Below the pieces are notes generated by a model, which saw nothing but the letters and a program-made list of their open reading frames with translations, made no database searches and was not told where the DNA came from. Positions 63,742 through 64,000 of a stretch of 64,000 nt of DNA are shown in pieces. Positions within the stretch are counted from its first letter, which is position 1; every line of letters starts with the position of its first letter. Origin of the DNA: a bacterium (GTDB lineage: Bacteria; Patescibacteriota; Saccharimonadia; Saccharimonadales; UBA4665); assembly GCA_021799595.1 (NCBI GenBank), contig JAJZAF010000001.1, positions 20,328-84,327 on the forward strand. Reading direction: 5' to 3'. The position numbers and the translations under genes were made by a program.

Positions 63742-64000
63742 TTAGTTGTTAGAGATGGTGACACTCGATGTCTGAGTGCTGCTATTGCTAGCGTTGCCAC
63801 TGATAGCAGTACCATTATTCCCACCAGAAACCTTTGCATTACCCGAAACAGCGGTTTGCTCACTGTCGTTTGTAACGCTAATGTTGTTGGTATTGGAGGT
63901 GTTATTGTTACCGATGTTGGTAACTTGAAAACCGCCCCTTGGATCGCCATTGCTATTCATGTCAGATGGAGTCGAAGTCTTAGCCTTGTTGCTAATTGAC
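63742..64000 (-). CDS. paralogous S/T/N-rich surface protein; the N-terminus lies beyond the right edge of the window
   Basis: The frame stays open upstream of the track's ATG 63960 to the window end (..SISNKAKTSTPSDM..). It contains the same module type (QTAVSGNAKVSGGNNGTAISGNASN). Confidence 0.55.
   Translation of the reverse strand, partial: SISNKAKTSTPSDMNSNGDPRGGFQVTNIGNNNTSNTNNISVTNDSEQTAVSGNAKVSGGNNGTAISGNASNSSTQTSSVTISNN

Noticed and set aside
63732-63950. Alternative-frame 72-aa ORF overlapping 63742..63960
   Set aside because: The other frame carries the SGNAxV...SGNA module shared with the neighbouring paralogue and stays open to the window edge. This frame is a by-product of the repeat composition.

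Overview
This is a gene-dense bacterial chromosome segment read with the standard genetic code. Many neighbouring genes overlap by 1-26 nt. The housekeeping content includes pgl/gnd, a complete F1Fo ATP synthase operon, smpB and a cyoABCDE quinol oxidase. It also includes NDH-2, an FAD-linked dehydrogenase, a polyprenyl synthase, two ABC exporters and two two-component systems. Together with several low-complexity N/S/T-rich surface proteins, this fits a small-genome Saccharibacteria/Patescibacteria-like organism. That taxonomic call is inference only, because no search was run. The accessory part lies at 47.5-59.3 kb. A tRNA-Asn(GTT) gene there is followed by a 26-bp exact copy of its own 3' end, which marks two tandem integrated elements. 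The first is a 1.4-kb mini-island carrying an antitoxin, a ParE-like toxin and a metallophosphoesterase. The second is about 10 kb. It carries a large serine recombinase whose last 9 codons are encoded by the tRNA-derived repeat, plus a Rep-like protein and a SpoVG-like protein. It also carries a tightly coupled six-gene operon: HTH, beta-class DNA methyltransferase with a PKD-like tail, ResIII-type helicase, stand-alone TnsA-like nuclease, HEPN-like protein and a small membrane protein. I rate this operon as the best candidate for an undescribed defence system. All functional calls rest on motifs read by eye from the translations. No database search was possible.
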